Of a stretch of 64,000 nucleotides of DNA, positions 60,890-64,000 are shown one piece after another. Both the position numbers and the translations under genes were made by a program. The stretch is from positions 34,015-98,014 of the forward strand of contig CALVIG010000001.1 of the NCBI GenBank assembly GCA_944329425.1, read 5' to 3'. Each line of letters begins with the position of its first letter. Position 1 is the stretch's first letter. The notes under the pieces are model-generated. The model worked only from the letters and a program-made list of their open reading frames with translations, made no database searches and had not been told where the DNA came from. The DNA is from an uncultured Bacilli bacterium (lineage in GTDB: Bacteria; Bacillota_I; Bacilli_A; RF39; UBA660).

Positions 60890-61897
60890 TGTTACCCCCG
60901 TTACCGGAACTAGTCCGACAACTACTGCTAAATTAAGTAACGTTTGAAATGATAACTGAAAAATTATGCCAAATATTAAGAATTTTGAAAAAGTATCTGG
61001 TGCTTTAATTGATATTTTTACGCTTCTTAATATTATTATTAAAAACAAGGTAGCTACTGTTATTATTCCTATTATCCCTAGTTCTTCAGATATTATTGAA
61101 AATATAAAATCAGTTTGGGGTTCTGGCAAATAAAAATGTTTTTGAATCGAGTTTCCGAATCCAAGGCCAAATAACCCGCCTGGACCAATAGCAAATAAAG
61201 ACTGAATTGATTGAAAACCGGTTCCTAAAGGATCACTCCATGGATTTAAAAAGGATATTATACGGTTAACCCTGTAGGGTGCTATTAAAACCAAAATAAC
61301 GACTCCTACCATTCCAATTAAGCCAATTTTTATAAAAAACGAAAAATTAACACCCGAAATAAATAGCATTGCAACTATGGTCATAACAAGAATAGTACCA
61401 GTACCAAAATCAGGTTGTAACATAATAAGTCCAAAGGCAATCATGGTAATAGCTAAAATCGGAAAAACACCTTTAGTTATTGATTTTATGGTTTTAGGAT
61501 TATTACTAATATATTTACTAGTAAAAATTATCAAAGCTAATTTCATAAACTCACTTGGTTGTACACCTAGTCCCCCAATACCAAACCAGCTTCTAGAACC
61601 ATTTCTTATGCTACCAATTCCAGGTATTATTACTAATATCAAAAGAACAAAACAAGCAAATAAAATAAGATTAGATTTTTTTAAATAATATTTATAGGGT
61701 ATTTTACTAACTATTATCATTAAAACAACACCAATTATAAAAAACGCACTTTGTAATATAACATAATGAAATTTATCATTAAACTTATACTCTGCCCAAA
61801 TACTTGAGGCTGAAAAAATCATGATTATTCCATATATTGATGTTATTAATATGGTTATTAAAAGTGGTAAGTCAAACTTTTTTCTCAATAAAATCAC
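60890..61897 (-). pseudogene. 5' fragment (336 codons) of split SEDS gene spoVE/ftsW; the called ORF reads through into 25 element-encoded codons
   Basis: SEDS motifs QPSEFMKLA, LQPDFGTG, NPWSDPLGTGFQSIQSLFAIGPGGLFGLGFGNS and FYLPEPQTDFIFSII. Conservation stops abruptly after VTGVT, where LPFISYGGSS is expected. Confidence 0.8.
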
Positions 61898-61977
61898 CTC
61901 AAAAAAAATTAACTACTACTTAAAAATATTCTTAAAAAAAAGAAAAAGAACGTTTTTAAAACATTCTTAACAAATAA

Positions 61978-62499
61978 CTAATTATGTGTTGTTATTTTTT
62001 TATACACTTCTAAAACCGGTAACATTTCATAAGCAAGACTCCTAAACCTTGGAAATTTTTTAACATGGTCAATTAAAGTTTCCTCTACTTCACTTAATTT
62101 AACAAAGCATAATTTAAACTCGTTTTTTCTTTCATAGTCACTTATATTAATATTATCGTTATTTATAACCGTACTTTTTTTATAAACAAAATAAATCATG
62201 ATGTTTAGCCTGTTTTCATTTGTTCTAAAATAATTTTTAGAATAATGTTTAACCTTCATAAAAGGATAAAAATCATCTTTTTTAGCTTCTATACCAGTTT
62301 CTTCTTTAACTTCCCTTATAAGCCCATCATACACGTCTTCATCTTCTTTTAGGTGTCCTCCAGGGAACTGGTAATCATCATCACAGTAAGCAAGTAAAAT
62401 CTCATCATTATCATTTATCATTATGGCTTTTACCCTTGTTACAACTTCTTTTACATCATCATCATTTAAATTATCTTTATTTATTATTAATTCTTTCAT
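61978..62499 (-). CDS. NUDIX hydrolase
   Basis: FPGGHLKEDEDVYDGLIREVKEETGI Nudix box. Confidence 0.65.
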   Translation of the reverse strand: MKELIINKDNLNDDDVKEVVTRVKAIMINDNDEILLAYCDDDYQFPGGHLKEDEDVYDGLIREVKEETGIEAKKDDFYPFMKVKHYSKNYFRTNENRLNIMIYFVYKKSTVINNDNINISDYERKNEFKLCFVKLSEVEETLIDHVKKFPRFRSLAYEMLPVLEVYKKITTHN

Positions 62500-62552
62500 A
62501 TAGCACCCTTTTTATTACCATATTAATATTACTAAAATAACTTTATTATTTC

Positions 62553-62580
62553 AAGCGTAAAACAAAAAAAGATGCATGAT
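62553..62580 (-). terminator. intrinsic terminator downstream of mraY
   Basis: agatgcatgatttgcatct hairpin with a T7 run on the minus strand. Confidence 0.5.
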
Positions 62581-62587
62581 TTGCATC

Positions 62588-63589
62588 TTATAGCCAAGCG
62601 CCGTAAATTAGTGCGGCGGTACCTAAAATTAATCCACATATCCAAAATAATTTTACTATGTCTTGTTCTTTCCAACCTAACTTCTCAAAGTTATGATGAA
62701 GTGGTGTCATTAAAAATACTTTTTTCTTAAACACGAATAAGGAAAATACTTGGATAATAACGGACAAGGTTTCTAAAACAAACACTCCCATGATGATTGC
62801 AAAGGTAATTTCCCTTCTTACTAATATTGCAATAGCTGCTAAAACCCCACCTAACGCTAACGATCCGGTGTCCCCCATAAATACCTTGGCAGGATAAGTA
62901 TTATATACCAAGAAACCTAAAACACATCCAGCTAAAATAAAGCAAAATACCGCAACGTCTTGATATCCGGCAAGCCAGTCAGTTGTCCAAGTAATTACAC
63001 CTAAAACAAGTGTCGCAATAAATGATAACCCACCTGCAAGTCCATCCAATCCATCAGTTATGTTAACCGCGTTAGAAGACGCAACTAGCATGAATAAAAT
63101 GAAAAATCCGTATAACCAACCAACATCAACCTTAACGTTAAAAGCATGTATCCAAAATAACGGTTCAGAGCCACTTTTCATGTATATATAGAAAAATACT
63201 ATGGCAATTATGACCTGCCCGAATAATTTTTGTATTTCTGTTAAGCCTTCATTCTTTTTATGCTTAAGTTTCATAACATCATCAATTCCACCTAATATAG
63301 CATAAGCAACAAACACGAATAACACTATTAACAAATTACTATTAATATCTATTTTTTTAGTAAAATACATTATTAAAATAGTTATAAAAGTTGGAATGAT
63401 AAATATTAATCCTCCCATTGTTGGGACACCATTTTTCTTCTTATGATTTTCACCAACAAAAACACTTATTCTTTGGCCAATATTAAGTTTTTTTAATAAA
63501 GGTATTAAAAAATATCCCGTTATTGTTGATAAAATAAAACCAATCATAAGAGCCAAAGTCGATTTTGTTAATATAAACATTAATTTCAC
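62588..63589 (-). CDS. mraY: phospho-N-acetylmuramoyl-pentapeptide transferase
   Basis: Ten-TM profile with the GLDGLAGG, DDVMKL and FMGDTGSLALGG motifs. Confidence 0.9.
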   Translation of the reverse strand: MKLMFILTKSTLALMIGFILSTITGYFLIPLLKKLNIGQRISVFVGENHKKKNGVPTMGGLIFIIPTFITILIMYFTKKIDINSNLLIVLFVFVAYAILGGIDDVMKLKHKKNEGLTEIQKLFGQVIIAIVFFYIYMKSGSEPLFWIHAFNVKVDVGWLYGFFILFMLVASSNAVNITDGLDGLAGGLSFIATLVLGVITWTTDWLAGYQDVAVFCFILAGCVLGFLVYNTYPAKVFMGDTGSLALGGVLAAIAILVRREITFAIIMGVFVLETLSVIIQVFSLFVFKKKVFLMTPLHHNFEKLGWKEQDIVKLFWICGLILGTAALIYGAWL

Positions 63590-63668
63590 CTCTTTATATA
63601 CGATTATAATTATACTATATATTTTTTGATTTTTACAATTTTTTTATACTTACTTGATAATTATTTTA

Positions 63669-64000
63669 CTAATTACCAAGCATTAATCTTACCACTGAAC
63701 CTTCTTCCAACCTGGTTCCAGCCTCTGGTGATTGTTCAACTACGATACTTCCACTACCACTATATTCAACGGTGTAATTAGATAAAACCTTAGATGCTTC
63801 TTTTGGAGTTTTTCCTATCACGTTTTCTACCGTATAATATTTTTTATCATTCCAGTTATATTTTTTTTCGGTATTTACCTTTCTTTTTTCTATTCCTAAA
63901 GCATCTATCGAATCAAGTAATATGGACTTTGCTATTGGGGCAGATACAACTCCGCCATATTGAACCACTCTTTTGGGATTATTTATGGCAACATACACAA
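63669..64000 (-). CDS. penicillin-binding protein (SpoVD/PBP2B-type), C-terminal PASTA region; the gene continues beyond the window
   Basis: PASTA-like segment VENVIGKTPKEASKVLSNYTVEYSGSGSIVVEQSPEAGTRLEEGSVVRL, in dcw synteny upstream of mraY. Confidence 0.6.
   Translation of the reverse strand, partial: VYVAINNPKRVVQYGGVVSAPIAKSILLDSIDALGIEKRKVNTEKKYNWNDKKYYTVENVIGKTPKEASKVLSNYTVEYSGSGSIVVEQSPEAGTRLEEGSVVRLMLGN

Noticed and set aside
1-64000. Search for tRNA, rRNA and CRISPR arrays
   Set aside because: No cloverleaf-compatible GC-rich ~75-nt segments, no rRNA-like conserved blocks and no repeat-spacer arrays were seen. The GC-rich patches correspond to the SEDS 3' fragment and the attenuator hairpins.

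Overview
This is a very AT-rich, low-GC Firmicute chromosome segment, almost entirely coded on the minus strand. The organism is evidently a spore-former, because pro-sigma-E and spoIIGA sit directly after ftsA-ftsZ. The backbone is the division/cell-wall (dcw) cluster, in order: the PASTA C-terminus of a penicillin-binding protein, mraY, a NUDIX gene, a SEDS-family ftsW/spoVE, murG, murB, divIB/ftsQ, ftsA, ftsZ, spoIIGA and sigE. Downstream of that lie housekeeping genes (ylbD/ylbE-like, rsmD, nfo, yceD-rpmF), an accessory stretch (two ABC-2 transporter triplets, three GNATs, CYTH, a kinase, an ABC-F with a leader-peptide attenuator), a Tad-like pilus locus and a YfhO glycosyltransferase. The main discovery is that the SEDS gene is split. 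Its 5' 336 codons end at about 60890, and the missing, highly conserved C-terminus ([10 protein letters not shown]...) lies in frame at 49223..49116, about 11.7 kb away. A large serine recombinase gene sits just inside the 49.2 kb end of the intervening segment. This looks like a skin-like element that may be excised during development to rejoin a ~366-aa spoVE/ftsW. Its cargo includes a four-gene operon (HAD-HMGL aldolase fusion, DGSHR-motif protein, KdsB-like CMP-transferase, NUDIX) behind a terminator/antiterminator leader. It also carries a hybrid histidine kinase whose H-box histidine is replaced by Gln, and an acyl-CoA synthetase. I found no rRNA, tRNA or CRISPR.
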